Shown here: piece by piece, positions 39,604 to 48,935 of the stretch
Position numbering within the stretch: position 1 is the first letter of the stretch
Layout: each line of letters opens with the position of its first letter
Source of the DNA: a virus
Taxonomy: Duplodnaviria; Caudoviricetes
Length of the DNA: 64,000 nucleotides
IMG/VR virus record: IMGVR_UViG_3300017963_000189
Strand: one strand, 5' to 3'
Notes under the pieces: generated by a model
What the model saw: the letters and a program-made list of their open reading frames with translations, nothing else
What the model was told of the DNA's origin: nothing
The model's database searches: none
Made by a program: the position numbers and the translations under genes

Positions 39604-41504
39604 TATAATGCTCTCCCCTCAATGTCCGTATTTGGATATTTTAATTCAAATATACTTGGATCAAGACTTGGATATATGATTCCATCTTTTGTTGCTTCTT
39701 CAATATTATACACATTTCCAGAATATCCTTCAGATGATTTCCATTTATTTTCTACTTCAGCGCTCACAACAGCTTGAACACCTTCAACCTTAAATAGTTC
39801 AGTTTGAATATCTGCAATAATAATAGGTTGATTAAACTGCCATTTTTCAACATCAAAAAAGGCTTTGATTCTATCAATACACCTTAATAATACTTCTCGT
39901 TTATTGAAATTTTTAAAGGCGACAATCGAAAATTTTACACCAACATTTATTACAAATCCATCTTTTATATTGATCGCATCAGTTAATATTCTATATTGTC
40001 CAAGATAAACTTTCAAGTTTTCTTTTATCGCATCATTCAACGATGTAAGTTTTTTATCCTTATCAAATCCTAATAAATACATATTCAATGCTAATGGATT
40101 CGGTACTCGTGTCCTATCTATTCCCTCTACTTGAGCGGTGTCAGGTGATTCACTTAGTTGATCATCTTGTATTATATAGGCTTTCGCCACTCGTCCAAAT
40201 CGGGCGGGCATTGAGTACGCCCGTGTGATGTAATCCTCTTTCGTTACTGCTCTCAACTGAGTTGGAAAATTCGCTAACGCGTTTTGTCGTATTTCCTCTA
40301 CACTCTCTCCATCACGACCACCTGTCGCTGCGTCAGGATTGTTACACGCAATCGAGTTTTTAACTTGTGCTAATGTAGATGAATCTAATACATCGTCGTC
40401 GATTGTAAATGTCGCGTCTTTTATTTCAGTTAAATCGTCTTGATTTACATTTGATGTTATTCCACCACCAACTACATATCTCACGGTTATCGTCGTGTCC
40501 GTTGGAGCTTGACCATACGTTTTCGTGTGTAAAAAGTTTGCTGGATCAATAGGTGTGTCAGTAAATGTTACTGATCCAAATAAAGTTGATCCTACATTTG
40601 TTGGATTTGGTATAAGTAATTCATCAGGATTATCAGATACACCCGCACCAAATTGTATTTCCGTCTTTTTATCTCCACGTATTCTTGATGTAAATCTACG
40701 AGCAGATTTCTTGAGTTTCAATAAGTAAGGAGCTGTATCATTATATTGTGCCAAATCTTTATCAAACGCTTCCACGTTACGAAGTTCAGTGTAAACGGTG
40801 TCCTGAGCAAGAAATGGTACGTGATACCATGTATTACCATCCGCGTCAGTAGCATCCAAAATTTGTACCACGTTCGTTTCTGAGACCACTTTTTTCTCAA
40901 ATCGTTTTGGATCACTAAAAGAAAAGTCGGCAGTCAAAATTTCTCCGGCAGCGGCTTGAGTTGATTTTTTCAATACAAAAAATGTTGGATTTCCTTGATC
41001 GTCCGTTTCCCAAACTGTAGCAGTTGTTGGATCATCACTTGACGAGTGAGCAAAATTTACATCCTCTAATGTCCTAAATACTACACTTGAATCCGCTTTA
41101 CTTGCGATCTGCATTCCTGAATTTACGATTAAGGCGTATCTCCAATCAGGAACTACATTTGCACCACTTCCCAACGCTGGTACAATATGATACACATCAA
41201 CATTAGTTGTACCAGGTACAGATAATGCAGGTGTATATCCAAGTGTTTGAGCAAGAGCATAAATGTTTTGCTCTTCTTCGGCGTACAATAATAAACTTTC
41301 TTTCAATGAGTTATCGATATAATAACTTAGTGAGTCGCCAACGTAAGACGCCATTTCAATAAACATCATTCCTACACTCGTCTCATTGAAGTTTTTATAC
41401 ACCGTAGGAAAATACACTTTGGCGAAATTTATTAGATTAGTCCTATAATCATTGAAATCTCGACCAAGATAACGTACTTCCTTTACTATGTTTTCATTCG
41501 CCAT
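39603..41504 (-). CDS. baseplate wedge protein (T4 gp6/baseplate J-like)
   Basis: YL.RDF...R..L, GMMFIEMASYVGD.LSYY, ATGGRDGES.EEIR, RAVT..DY. Confidence 0.85.
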   Translation of the reverse strand: MANENIVKEVRYLGRDFNDYRTNLINFAKVYFPTVYKNFNETSVGMMFIEMASYVGDSLSYYIDNSLKESLLLYAEEEQNIYALAQTLGYTPALSVPGTTNVDVYHIVPALGSGANVVPDWRYALIVNSGMQIASKADSSVVFRTLEDVNFAHSSSDDPTTATVWETDDQGNPTFFVLKKSTQAAAGEILTADFSFSDPKRFEKKVVSETNVVQILDATDADGNTWYHVPFLAQDTVYTELRNVEAFDKDLAQYNDTAPYLLKLKKSARRFTSRIRGDKKTEIQFGAGVSDNPDELLIPNPTNVGSTLFGSVTFTDTPIDPANFLHTKTYGQAPTDTTITVRYVVGGGITSNVNQDDLTEIKDATFTIDDDVLDSSTLAQVKNSIACNNPDAATGGRDGESVEEIRQNALANFPTQLRAVTKEDYITRAYSMPARFGRVAKAYIIQDDQLSESPDTAQVEGIDRTRVPNPLALNMYLLGFDKDKKLTSLNDAIKENLKVYLGQYRILTDAINIKDGFVINVGVKFSIVAFKNFNKREVLLRCIDRIKAFFDVEKWQFNQPIIIADIQTELFKVEGVQAVVSAEVENKWKSSEGYSGNVYNIEEATKDGIIYPSLDPSIFELKYPNTDIEGRAL

Positions 41505-41517
41505 CTATTTTCTCCAA

Positions 41518-41790
41518 TTATCCTCGCATTTTTGATAATTTTAATAAAGTTTTCATTTCATCTTTAGTAACATTGACAGGTTTATTTGTATTCCTTACCA
41601 TTTCGTTACCAACACATCTATAAATTAATTCTTTCTCTTTATCAGATAATTTATTGAGTAAAGTTTTCTTTATTGTAATACTTTTTCCTGTCGGGCTTGT
41701 AATTTTAACATAAGATGATTCTAAACTTCGCATCCAACTTGAATTATCACACTTTACGGTTACTTCCAAAAGATTTTTTAACTTTACCAT
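41518..41790 (-). CDS. leader-bearing hypothetical protein
   Basis: MVKLKNLLE N-terminus. Confidence 0.7.
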   Translation of the reverse strand: MVKLKNLLEVTVKCDNSSWMRSLESSYVKITSPTGKSITIKKTLLNKLSDKEKELIYRCVGNEMVRNTNKPVNVTKDEMKTLLKLSKMRG

Positions 41791-41802
41791 CTATTTTCTC
41801 CA

Positions 41803-42189
41803 TTACACTACAAAAGTAATTACTATTTCATCATGTTCTTTTATATTCCTCTTTAATCCAAATGCGATCCTAACGTCAATCTTGTTTTGATCCATGTTCG
41901 TCGGGCCAGCGTCTACGGTGACCTCGGTTAACTCAACATAAGGCAACCACGTCTCTACCGCAGTTGTTATCTCATTTTGTATCTTACTCGATAAATCACC
42001 CGTCATTTGATCAAATAAATAATTGTATATGTTTGTCCCGAGTTCAGGGTGCATCATTCTCTCGCCTTTTCTCGTCAAAAGAAGATTGATCATGTTTGAC
42101 TTCGCTTCCTCTATCGAAGAAAACGTTTGATCAAAAAATCCAGTATTACCCATTCTAATAGGAACTTTTACTCCTATCGGTTCTGCCAT
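41803..42189 (-). CDS. baseplate wedge protein (gp25-like)
   Basis: NLLLTRKGER.M.P.LGT....LFD...I..A...WLPYV. Confidence 0.85.
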   Translation of the reverse strand: MAEPIGVKVPIRMGNTGFFDQTFSSIEEAKSNMINLLLTRKGERMMHPELGTNIYNYLFDQMTGDLSSKIQNEITTAVETWLPYVELTEVTVDAGPTNMDQNKIDVRIAFGLKRNIKEHDEIVITFVV

Positions 42190-42200
42190 TTATCTTCCCC

Positions 42201-42974
42201 TTATACAGGTCTATTTACTTTTTGTTCCGTCTTTTTCATCAATCCACGATAATCTTTCATCATGTTTTGAACTAAATCCATTGGAACTTTTGAATAATTT
42301 ATTGGTTGTCCATCAGGATTTTGTGTTGGAAGTTCTACTTCAGTTAATGGTTCACTTGAAGCTGGAATCGGGTCTTCCGCAATAATCCTTTTCGCTGTAC
42401 TCTTTGGTTTTATTTCCATTCCAGGTATACCCTCTCCACCACCTATTTTTTCCATGTCGCCATATCCCATCTTAGCAGCCATAGCTTCTTTTGATGGAGG
42501 CGGCTTTGACGATGGTACATAATCTTCCGTTGGTTGTACATTCTCAACGACAGGTTGTCCTGAAGCTAAATTAACCTTCACTTGATCACTACCACCGGTG
42601 GCAGCCATCTTGTGCGGATTCGAATATATACCCTCTCGATTTGTTACTTCCTTCGCCGTTTGATTCAATACGTTGGCGAAAGGATTCTTTTCGTCCTCAA
42701 ATGGTTTCTTCCCAGCAAAAATCTTCTCGTTTACTCCAGCTCTTACTGGATCACTCTCTTTATCTTCGTCAATTAAATTCATTAATGATGTCTCGGATGA
42801 AACTTCCTCAGTCATCATTTTTCTCGGTTTCGCTTCCGTTTTTGGAGCGGATTCCGCTTCACTCAAAATCTTGTGAAACTCTTTTCGTATCGTTGTCTCA
42901 ATTAAAGGTTTCATTTCCTTTATCGCAGCTTTCACTGAGACATTGATTAACTTTTGTAAATCTTGTTTTGTCAT
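42201..42974 (-). CDS. hypothetical protein (start corrected to 42974)
   Basis: AAGGAG SD before MTKQDLQKLI. Confidence 0.65.
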   Translation of the reverse strand: MTKQDLQKLINVSVKAAIKEMKPLIETTIRKEFHKILSEAESAPKTEAKPRKMMTEEVSSETSLMNLIDEDKESDPVRAGVNEKIFAGKKPFEDEKNPFANVLNQTAKEVTNREGIYSNPHKMAATGGSDQVKVNLASGQPVVENVQPTEDYVPSSKPPPSKEAMAAKMGYGDMEKIGGGEGIPGMEIKPKSTAKRIIAEDPIPASSEPLTEVELPTQNPDGQPINYSKVPMDLVQNMMKDYRGLMKKTEQKVNRPV

Positions 42975-42991
42975 ATCTAACTCCTTACTTT

Positions 42992-43531
42992 TTACCCGTA
43001 ACCAACCCACGGAAATGGCGTGGGCACAGGACCACTTGGCGTTGTAACCAACGCAGTTGTAACTCCACTCAAACTTTGTAGATGTTGAGTAAAAAAATCT
43101 ATCAAATTATCTATAAATTCATCTTCATTCTCTGTCGCACTTACCTCTAATCTTGGAACTGGCGTTCCGGGTACACTAACTACATTCGTCACCACCGCAG
43201 TTGAACCGGGTGGCGGAATCACTGGAGCTAATGTAGCACCAGACCAAAATCCTATCAACCCTTGTGAAATCGTCGTTCCAAAAAAATTAGGTACAACACT
43301 TTCATTCATAGCAGGATTGTTCGCTTGTGTGAACGCATTCCCAATCGCTGCGGATAATGTAGGCTTAGTGTAAGTTAATACTACATTATTATATGTCAAA
43401 TCTCCACCGGTCAATATCGCTATTTCATATTGATCAGCGATAAAATTTGCTGCTTGTTGTTCAGTTTTCGCCGTGTAACTGACAAAATAATTTTTTGTCG
43501 TTTGTTTAAATGTCGTCCAATCTATCGGCAT
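42992..43531 (-). CDS. putative baseplate-associated protein
   Basis: Next to the spike gene; ends PVPTPFPWVGYG. Confidence 0.55.
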   Translation of the reverse strand: MPIDWTTFKQTTKNYFVSYTAKTEQQAANFIADQYEIAILTGGDLTYNNVVLTYTKPTLSAAIGNAFTQANNPAMNESVVPNFFGTTISQGLIGFWSGATLAPVIPPPGSTAVVTNVVSVPGTPVPRLEVSATENEDEFIDNLIDFFTQHLQSLSGVTTALVTTPSGPVPTPFPWVGYG

Positions 43532-43536
43532 CTTTA

Positions 43537-43863
43537 TTATCCAATATATTCTATTTTATCATCACTCAATGTATAATAGTCGCCATTTTTATCTAAAACA
43601 GAAACTTCATCATAAAACATCCCACCTCTTACGTCTACTCTTTTTATTTTCTCAATAGTATGATATTCCCAATCATGACGACCCGTACCAGCTTTAGATG
43701 CTTTTGCTCTTATAGTTTTTCCCAATAACAATTTATCAAGAAAATCTTCATACATTTTTTGATGTTTATTTAACCAATTATCAATAGTCTTGTTCAAATC
43801 AAATTTTTTTCCTTCATTTAATTTGTTTCCGCGAAATATTTTGTTCCAAAGTTGTTTATCCAT
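43537..43863 (-). CDS. hypothetical protein with MDKQLW...KLNE leader
   Basis: Leader resembles that of 61763-62266. Confidence 0.65.
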   Translation of the reverse strand: MDKQLWNKIFRGNKLNEGKKFDLNKTIDNWLNKHQKMYEDFLDKLLLGKTIRAKASKAGTGRHDWEYHTIEKIKRVDVRGGMFYDEVSVLDKNGDYYTLSDDKIEYIG

Positions 43864-43875
43864 CCTTTATCTCCA

Positions 43876-45093
43876 TTATAAACTATAATTTCGTTGTGAT
43901 AACGCACTCTCTAACTTACTCTTGAGTTGATTTAGTTGTGGATTCTCCGGTGGCATTGGCGGCCCACTTGGACCTGTGCCAGTAGGATGTGTATGACTTA
44001 TCAATAAATCCACTAACTCATTCAATAAATCAACTAATGTATTTCCTAATACAACCGCTTCCTGAGCATCCTCTCCACCTAAATATATCTCAGGTGAGTT
44101 TAGTATCGTTCGTGATGTCGTATTCGTTATTATATCATCTACAGCATCAACAGTAAAAATACCCTCAGTCACAAGATTCATCGCTTTCTTGGAAAATCCC
44201 ATAATCTCTTGTGTTTTAGCATTCAATATGAGTCTATCACTATTTATAAATATTTGATTTCCAAGAAATTCATTTGGTTTATCTTCATAAAATTGTAAAT
44301 GTACTTCACTCTCCGCAGTTGAGGCGATAAATGGTACATCTTCATCATTTACAATCCATATCGAACTTGGATCATCATTTATGTTTTCATCTATTGGTTG
44401 TATCGATGTCTCAGGTACTTCGTCAGGTTGTCCTACCTTTATCTTTATTGTTGGTAATCCATTCTCTTGATTTGACCCAAACCTTATTGAATGTCCAAAC
44501 CTACCTTCATATATTATGTCGCCTTCATATGGTTGTAATGGTTTTATGTCTATGTTGTCCTTGAATACCTTTCCCAACTTTATATCGTCTTGATCACTCT
44601 GGCGATTTGGGGCGCCTGATGTGGACACCGATTCATATGATTGTGCGTCCGCTTTTGACGAAGTTTCTTCCTTCGATGATACGGTCGGTAAACTTATACC
44701 AGGTACAGCATTTTGATTTGGAGCATTGTAAACATTCATTCGCTGTGTGTAATATAACTCGTTTAAATGTTGCGCGACAATTACTACCTCGTGAAGTAAT
44801 GGAAATGACTTTATGTTTGAGTCTAACGGTTTCGCCCAAGATAAAGTCGATCTCTCCTTACCATTTTCACTTATCACCATTCGAACTTTGGCTTTACCTA
44901 TATCACTATATTCTACAAACTCAGGATGTGTATCGTCTAATATAATGTCAATAACCTCAGCAGCTTCTAACTCATAAAATTCATAATGAGGCGAACCGAT
45001 CCCACGACCCGGACTTGATTCTACAGTCGTCAAACCAAATCGTTGATTTGTAAGTTGAACTGAACCTTTATTTTTATCTCGTTCCCACGCCAT
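43876..45093 (-). CDS. baseplate hub/central spike (gp5-like)
   Basis: OB-fold-like N-terminus, GDIIYEGRFGHSIRFGS, C-terminal SHTHPTGTGPSGPP metal-binding tip. Confidence 0.8.
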   Translation of the reverse strand: MAWERDKNKGSVQLTNQRFGLTTVESSPGRGIGSPHYEFYELEAAEVIDIILDDTHPEFVEYSDIGKAKVRMVISENGKERSTLSWAKPLDSNIKSFPLLHEVVIVAQHLNELYYTQRMNVYNAPNQNAVPGISLPTVSSKEETSSKADAQSYESVSTSGAPNRQSDQDDIKLGKVFKDNIDIKPLQPYEGDIIYEGRFGHSIRFGSNQENGLPTIKIKVGQPDEVPETSIQPIDENINDDPSSIWIVNDEDVPFIASTAESEVHLQFYEDKPNEFLGNQIFINSDRLILNAKTQEIMGFSKKAMNLVTEGIFTVDAVDDIITNTTSRTILNSPEIYLGGEDAQEAVVLGNTLVDLLNELVDLLISHTHPTGTGPSGPPMPPENPQLNQLKSKLESALSQRNYSL

Positions 45094-45521
45094 TACTTTT
45101 CTTCCTCACTAAGTTTTTCCTTTATTTCCTCAACTCTTTGATCTAATGATTTTTGGTTTTCTTTTTCCTCTTTTACATATTCCTCATATTCATCAACGTC
45201 ACCTAATAGTTGTTTCTTTTCATCCTCAGATAAAAATCCTGGCCCTTCAGTACTCGCAATCTTACCTTCCTTGATAAGCCGTATCGCTGAGTCGCTCAAC
45301 TTGATAAGTTGTTCATCACTTCGTAAAATAATCTCCATGTATTCACGAATTAAAGGTGCTATTATCGTAGCAGATTCCAATGAGTTTACATACTTTTTCA
45401 TTTGATCTATCATACCTTTAGCATTACTTCTCGTATTAGCAGCATTTTTATGTATCTCTTTGAATACATCACTTATTGATTTGTCCTCAAATAACTCATA
45501 AAATTTTCTATCTTCTGACAT
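45093..45521 (-). CDS. hypothetical protein (142 aa)
   Basis: ORF track; TAATG coupling. Confidence 0.7.
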   Translation of the reverse strand: MSEDRKFYELFEDKSISDVFKEIHKNAANTRSNAKGMIDQMKKYVNSLESATIIAPLIREYMEIILRSDEQLIKLSDSAIRLIKEGKIASTEGPGFLSEDEKKQLLGDVDEYEEYVKEEKENQKSLDQRVEEIKEKLSEEEK

Positions 45522-45532
45522 ATTAACCTCTC

Positions 45533-45976
45533 TTAAACTATTGTTTCTAATACAAACTTGTATTTTGGATTTTTTGATTTAACTTTTTTAGCATACTTTT
45601 TCAAATAAGGCATAAGTTCATGTTCATCAAAATACATTGTGTCACTGAAATCGGTTGATTCACTCAACCAAAATTCATCGGTTGACCCTTTCCTTTGCCA
45701 ATTTATATACCCATTTTTCATACCATCAACTATTCTTGTTTTTAAATTCATATTAGGTACTTTATATCCATTTTTATTTAACCACTCAGCAAATGCAGAA
45801 TGAATAACATTCCAATTATCATCAATAACAAATAAATCTCCATTTGGAAAACTTATCGCCCTTAATTCTTTCGCCATACGTTTGATTGATTTGGGATTCT
45901 TGTACACTTCGTAACCTTGATGTGTAGTTCCAACAAAATCTTCTTTCAATAAATCCTTCAATTTTATATTCGCCAT
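45533..45976 (-). CDS. leader-bearing paralog family protein, copy 3
   Basis: MANIKLKDLLKEDFVGTT...YKNPKSIKRM...IH...GYINWQR...FWLSES. Confidence 0.8.
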   Translation of the reverse strand: MANIKLKDLLKEDFVGTTHQGYEVYKNPKSIKRMAKELRAISFPNGDLFVIDDNWNVIHSAFAEWLNKNGYKVPNMNLKTRIVDGMKNGYINWQRKGSTDEFWLSESTDFSDTMYFDEHELMPYLKKYAKKVKSKNPKYKFVLETIV

Positions 45977-46006
45977 AGACTATCTCCATAAAATACAATA
46001 TCTCAC

Positions 46007-46016
46007 ATATAAATAT
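46007..46016 (-). promoter_or_regulatory. putative late promoter at the head of the virion block
   Basis: ATATTTATAT immediately downstream of the terminator at 46022-46058. Confidence 0.55.
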
Positions 46017-46021
46017 ACACA

Positions 46022-46058
46022 AACAAAAAAAGGTTGATCTAATTAAAGACCAACCTTT
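46022..46058 (-). terminator. Rho-independent terminator
   Basis: AAAGGTTGGTCT-TTAATT-AGATCAACCTTT followed by a T run. Confidence 0.75.
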
Positions 46059-46131
46059 AAACTTACGCCCAAGTGAACCACTTGGCTGCACTACCACTTA
46101 TTATAACCTTTGGTGTGTTTACTTCCGATTC

Positions 46132-46839
46132 TCAAAGAAAATCATCTAAACACATTTCCGTATCAAAATACCCAATAGCATTGTATTCCTCTATAAGAAT
46201 ATTATTATGTTCTCTCATTTTGTTTACGACGGCAGTAATATATTGTGTTCTCAATCCGGTCATTTCACGGATCATTAAGTAGAGTGCTTTTTTATTGAAG
46301 TTTTCTATATTGATGGAACGTCTGAATAATGTGAGTACGGCGTCCGCAATCATCATTTCTTGACGTTTAGTAAAAATCGTTGTGAGATTGTTTTCCCAAT
46401 ATTCCACCATCATTTTTATAAACTCAGGTGTATCGTCATTTTGTTTCTTATTTTGAGCTTCATCTATAATATCAAATGCGTATTCTGTCGCATTCGTATC
46501 TATACGTTGTGAAATTTTCTTGAATTTCCAATGTTCATTGTTACCAAGAATAAGATAGTTTTTCGCCAAGATAGAAAAATAAGAAAAGGCGCGACCTTTC
46601 TCTTGTTGATACTTGTGCATCTGCATCACAAGAAATGACACCGTATCGGCATGTAAATCTATTGAAGCATCCTGAAAGTGCGGAAACTTAAATCTATTTA
46701 TTATGTTTTCTACCAGTTTGTTTAAAGGTTTTTCTATCTTGTCTCTGTATATCTTCGATTTGAACGTCTGATCGTCGGACTCGTTGTATTCGACGATTGC
46801 GTTCTCTGTCTCTTTCGTAAAGTAAATCCTCCGCCTCAT
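46132..46839 (-). CDS. sigma-factor-like protein (possible phage late sigma, gp55-like)
   Basis: YFTKETENAIVEYN...KLVENII...KY..EKG.AFSYFS..AKNY resembles sigma region 2; distant similarity only. Confidence 0.5.
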   Translation of the reverse strand: MRRRIYFTKETENAIVEYNESDDQTFKSKIYRDKIEKPLNKLVENIINRFKFPHFQDASIDLHADTVSFLVMQMHKYQQEKGRAFSYFSILAKNYLILGNNEHWKFKKISQRIDTNATEYAFDIIDEAQNKKQNDDTPEFIKMMVEYWENNLTTIFTKRQEMMIADAVLTLFRRSINIENFNKKALYLMIREMTGLRTQYITAVVNKMREHNNILIEEYNAIGYFDTEMCLDDFL

Positions 46840-47128
46840 TAATTTCCTCTCCTGGTTCTACAAGTTTAAATTCTTCTAATCGTTTTAGTATTGAGTACAT
46901 TCCTTGATAAAAATATCCGACTTCGTCGTCGGCACGAAATGTAGCTTCGGCGTCAAGGTCATTCAAATCAGAATCAATCTTTTCAACAGTTATGGCAAAG
47001 TTTTCTATCCAACCCTCATATAACGCGAGTGTTTCTTCAAACGCTCCATTTTTACGAGACAAATTCCATACCACATAGCTCATAGTTAATATTATCAGTA
47101 TTAAAATTATTATTATAATTGTTATCAT
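46694..47128 (-). CDS. N-terminally membrane-anchored hypothetical protein
   Basis: MITIIIIILILIILTMSYVVW transmembrane segment; overlaps the next gene by 146 nt. Confidence 0.6.
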   Translation of the reverse strand: MITIIIIILILIILTMSYVVWNLSRKNGAFEETLALYEGWIENFAITVEKIDSDLNDLDAEATFRADDEVGYFYQGMYSILKRLEEFKLVEPGEEINEAEDLLYERDRERNRRIQRVRRSDVQIEDIQRQDRKTFKQTGRKHNK

Positions 47129-47922
47129 TTTTCATTGTCCTTAAATGCGTTACCAAATAAATCTTCAAACTTCTCTATCTTTATATCAGCGTTTTCTAAT
47201 TTTTTGGGATTAAATGCTTTTTTAACTGTGGTTTTAGTCTTTTTACTTATAGGTTTACCTGATCCATTTCCTTCTAAATGTGGACGCGCTTCAGGTGTCT
47301 TAGCCCATTCTTCCCACTCCAACTTAGATGCCAACATATCTGCCGTATGTATTACGTGAACAAATCTATCTACTTCTTTTGCGCCCCATTGAATGTAATA
47401 TGGTTTATTCGGGTCTTGATACAATCCATCATGGGCACGAATGGCGATAAACTCTCGTTTACTCATTTTGATTCCATAATGTTGTAACCAAAATAAACTA
47501 CGATCTTCTATTTGCATGTATTCTATTTTTGGATTTGATTCAAATTCCATTCCTCTCTTTTTCTTCCAATCTTCGTCAGTAGGAATGTAATTATCATTCT
47601 CTATGTCGCCAACCTTTCCTAAATCGTGATTCATGGCGACAAAAAATAATTCTTCGTCCGTCCACGTCTTTTCGCCACCTATCGATTCCCATAAAGATGA
47701 AACCTTTGGTGCTATCTTCATCACATTTAGTACGTGATGGACATAACCACCAACAAACGCTGAGTGAAAATAAACCCTACTCGATGCTGGTGCTTGAGCG
47801 ATACGGTTATCATGATCGTTGTATAACTTCAATAACCTTTCTCTCCGTTCGCCATCAAAACCATCTTCAATAAAACGTATTAACTTATTCCAATTACTTT
47901 CAATCTGTTCTGCCGTTAACAT
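47125..47922 (-). CDS. HD-domain phosphohydrolase (YhaM-like)
   Basis: HSAFVGGYVHH, NHDLGK, IRAHDG, HTAD. Confidence 0.8.
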   Translation of the reverse strand: MLTAEQIESNWNKLIRFIEDGFDGERRERLLKLYNDHDNRIAQAPASSRVYFHSAFVGGYVHHVLNVMKIAPKVSSLWESIGGEKTWTDEELFFVAMNHDLGKVGDIENDNYIPTDEDWKKKRGMEFESNPKIEYMQIEDRSLFWLQHYGIKMSKREFIAIRAHDGLYQDPNKPYYIQWGAKEVDRFVHVIHTADMLASKLEWEEWAKTPEARPHLEGNGSGKPISKKTKTTVKKAFNPKKLENADIKIEKFEDLFGNAFKDNEK

Positions 47923-47964
47923 AGTTCTCCCTTAAATATATTCTTTATTTCCTTTAACATACTT

Positions 47965-47993
47965 ATTATACTTACTTTATTTAATAAAGTTCC
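47965..47993 (-). promoter_or_regulatory. putative middle promoter GGAACT-N17-TATAAT
   Basis: Matches 26752-26780; follows a terminator. Confidence 0.55.
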
Positions 47994-48004
47994 ATTTTCG
48001 GTAT

Positions 48005-48030
48005 AAAAAAACCCGATTCAATGAATCGGG
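48005..48030 (-). terminator. Rho-independent terminator
   Basis: CCCGATTCA-T-TGAATCGGG perfect inverted repeat followed by T7. Confidence 0.8.
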
Positions 48031-48039
48031 CTTTATTTT

Positions 48040-48858
48040 TTAGTAAGGAATGTTACTTGTATCAAGTTCTTTCCTTTTAGTAACACTCTCAGCTTCCTTT
48101 TTCTTTTTAGTATAACGAACATGAACTTTATTCAATGCTTCCCTTTGTTTAGGTGAAAGGAAGTTTCTTGTAGTCGCACTTTCAAGAACATCAGTTACAA
48201 AATCATACGCAGACCATTTTGGAATGTCGTAATACGCAGTATCATTAGTAATACCATCAACCTCTTTTACGAGATTCAACAAAGTTTTGATCTTTGGAAT
48301 GGTTACATTTCTATGATGATCAAGTTTGTCGCCATATTCCTTGGCAGTGATTTGAATCTTCGCCATCTTGGAACGAATTGCTTTCTCCATCTTTGGAGTA
48401 AACACACGGCGACCCGTTGTCAAAATGGAAAACATATCACTAAGAAATTTGTTTGTCTTGATATACTCAGGATGTAATCCATCAAACCAAGCAATCATAT
48501 CTTTATACTGAGTCGCATATTTTTCAGCCCTTTTCTTCTGGGCTGCTTCTTTTTTCAACTTAGCAATTTCACGTTTCGCTTGACGAAAATATACCCATTC
48601 TTCACCTAAAACGAGCTGTAAACAATCCAAACCAACATCATATACTTTTGATGTAGTCTTGTGGGCAGTGTTTCCCTCAAGTAAAGAGTCGCCAGTAATC
48701 GTTGCGACATACACAAGTTTATTACCACAAAAATTACACTTTCCACCATTACCATGTACATGATGTAACTTGAAATTATAGTTGTTGACCGTTTCTTTTA
48801 TATCAACTTTCCATCTACGAGAAACAAGTGACATTCCTTTAGATTCTTTTGTTGACAT
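48040..48858 (-). CDS. hypothetical early protein with possible Zn site
   Basis: CNFCG...GLDCL; directly behind a sigma70 promoter. Confidence 0.7.
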   Translation of the reverse strand: MSTKESKGMSLVSRRWKVDIKETVNNYNFKLHHVHGNGGKCNFCGNKLVYVATITGDSLLEGNTAHKTTSKVYDVGLDCLQLVLGEEWVYFRQAKREIAKLKKEAAQKKRAEKYATQYKDMIAWFDGLHPEYIKTNKFLSDMFSILTTGRRVFTPKMEKAIRSKMAKIQITAKEYGDKLDHHRNVTIPKIKTLLNLVKEVDGITNDTAYYDIPKWSAYDFVTDVLESATTRNFLSPKQREALNKVHVRYTKKKKEAESVTKRKELDTSNIPY

Positions 48859-48889
48859 TATTTTTACCCTTTCTTAATTTGTATACCTA

Positions 48890-48918
48890 AATATACAAAA
48901 TTTCAGGGTATTTGTCAA
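48890..48918 (-). promoter_or_regulatory. sigma70-type early promoter TTGACA-N17-TATATT
   Basis: Exact -35, 17-nt spacer; upstream ATCAGAAAACAG shared with the 62297-62325 promoter. Confidence 0.75.
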
Positions 48919-48935
48919 CTGTTTTCTGATATTTT

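Noticed and set aside
46069-46095. SRP RNA (GCAGCCAAG resembles 4.5S domain IV)
   Set aside because: No GGAA tetraloop or CAGG partner strand.
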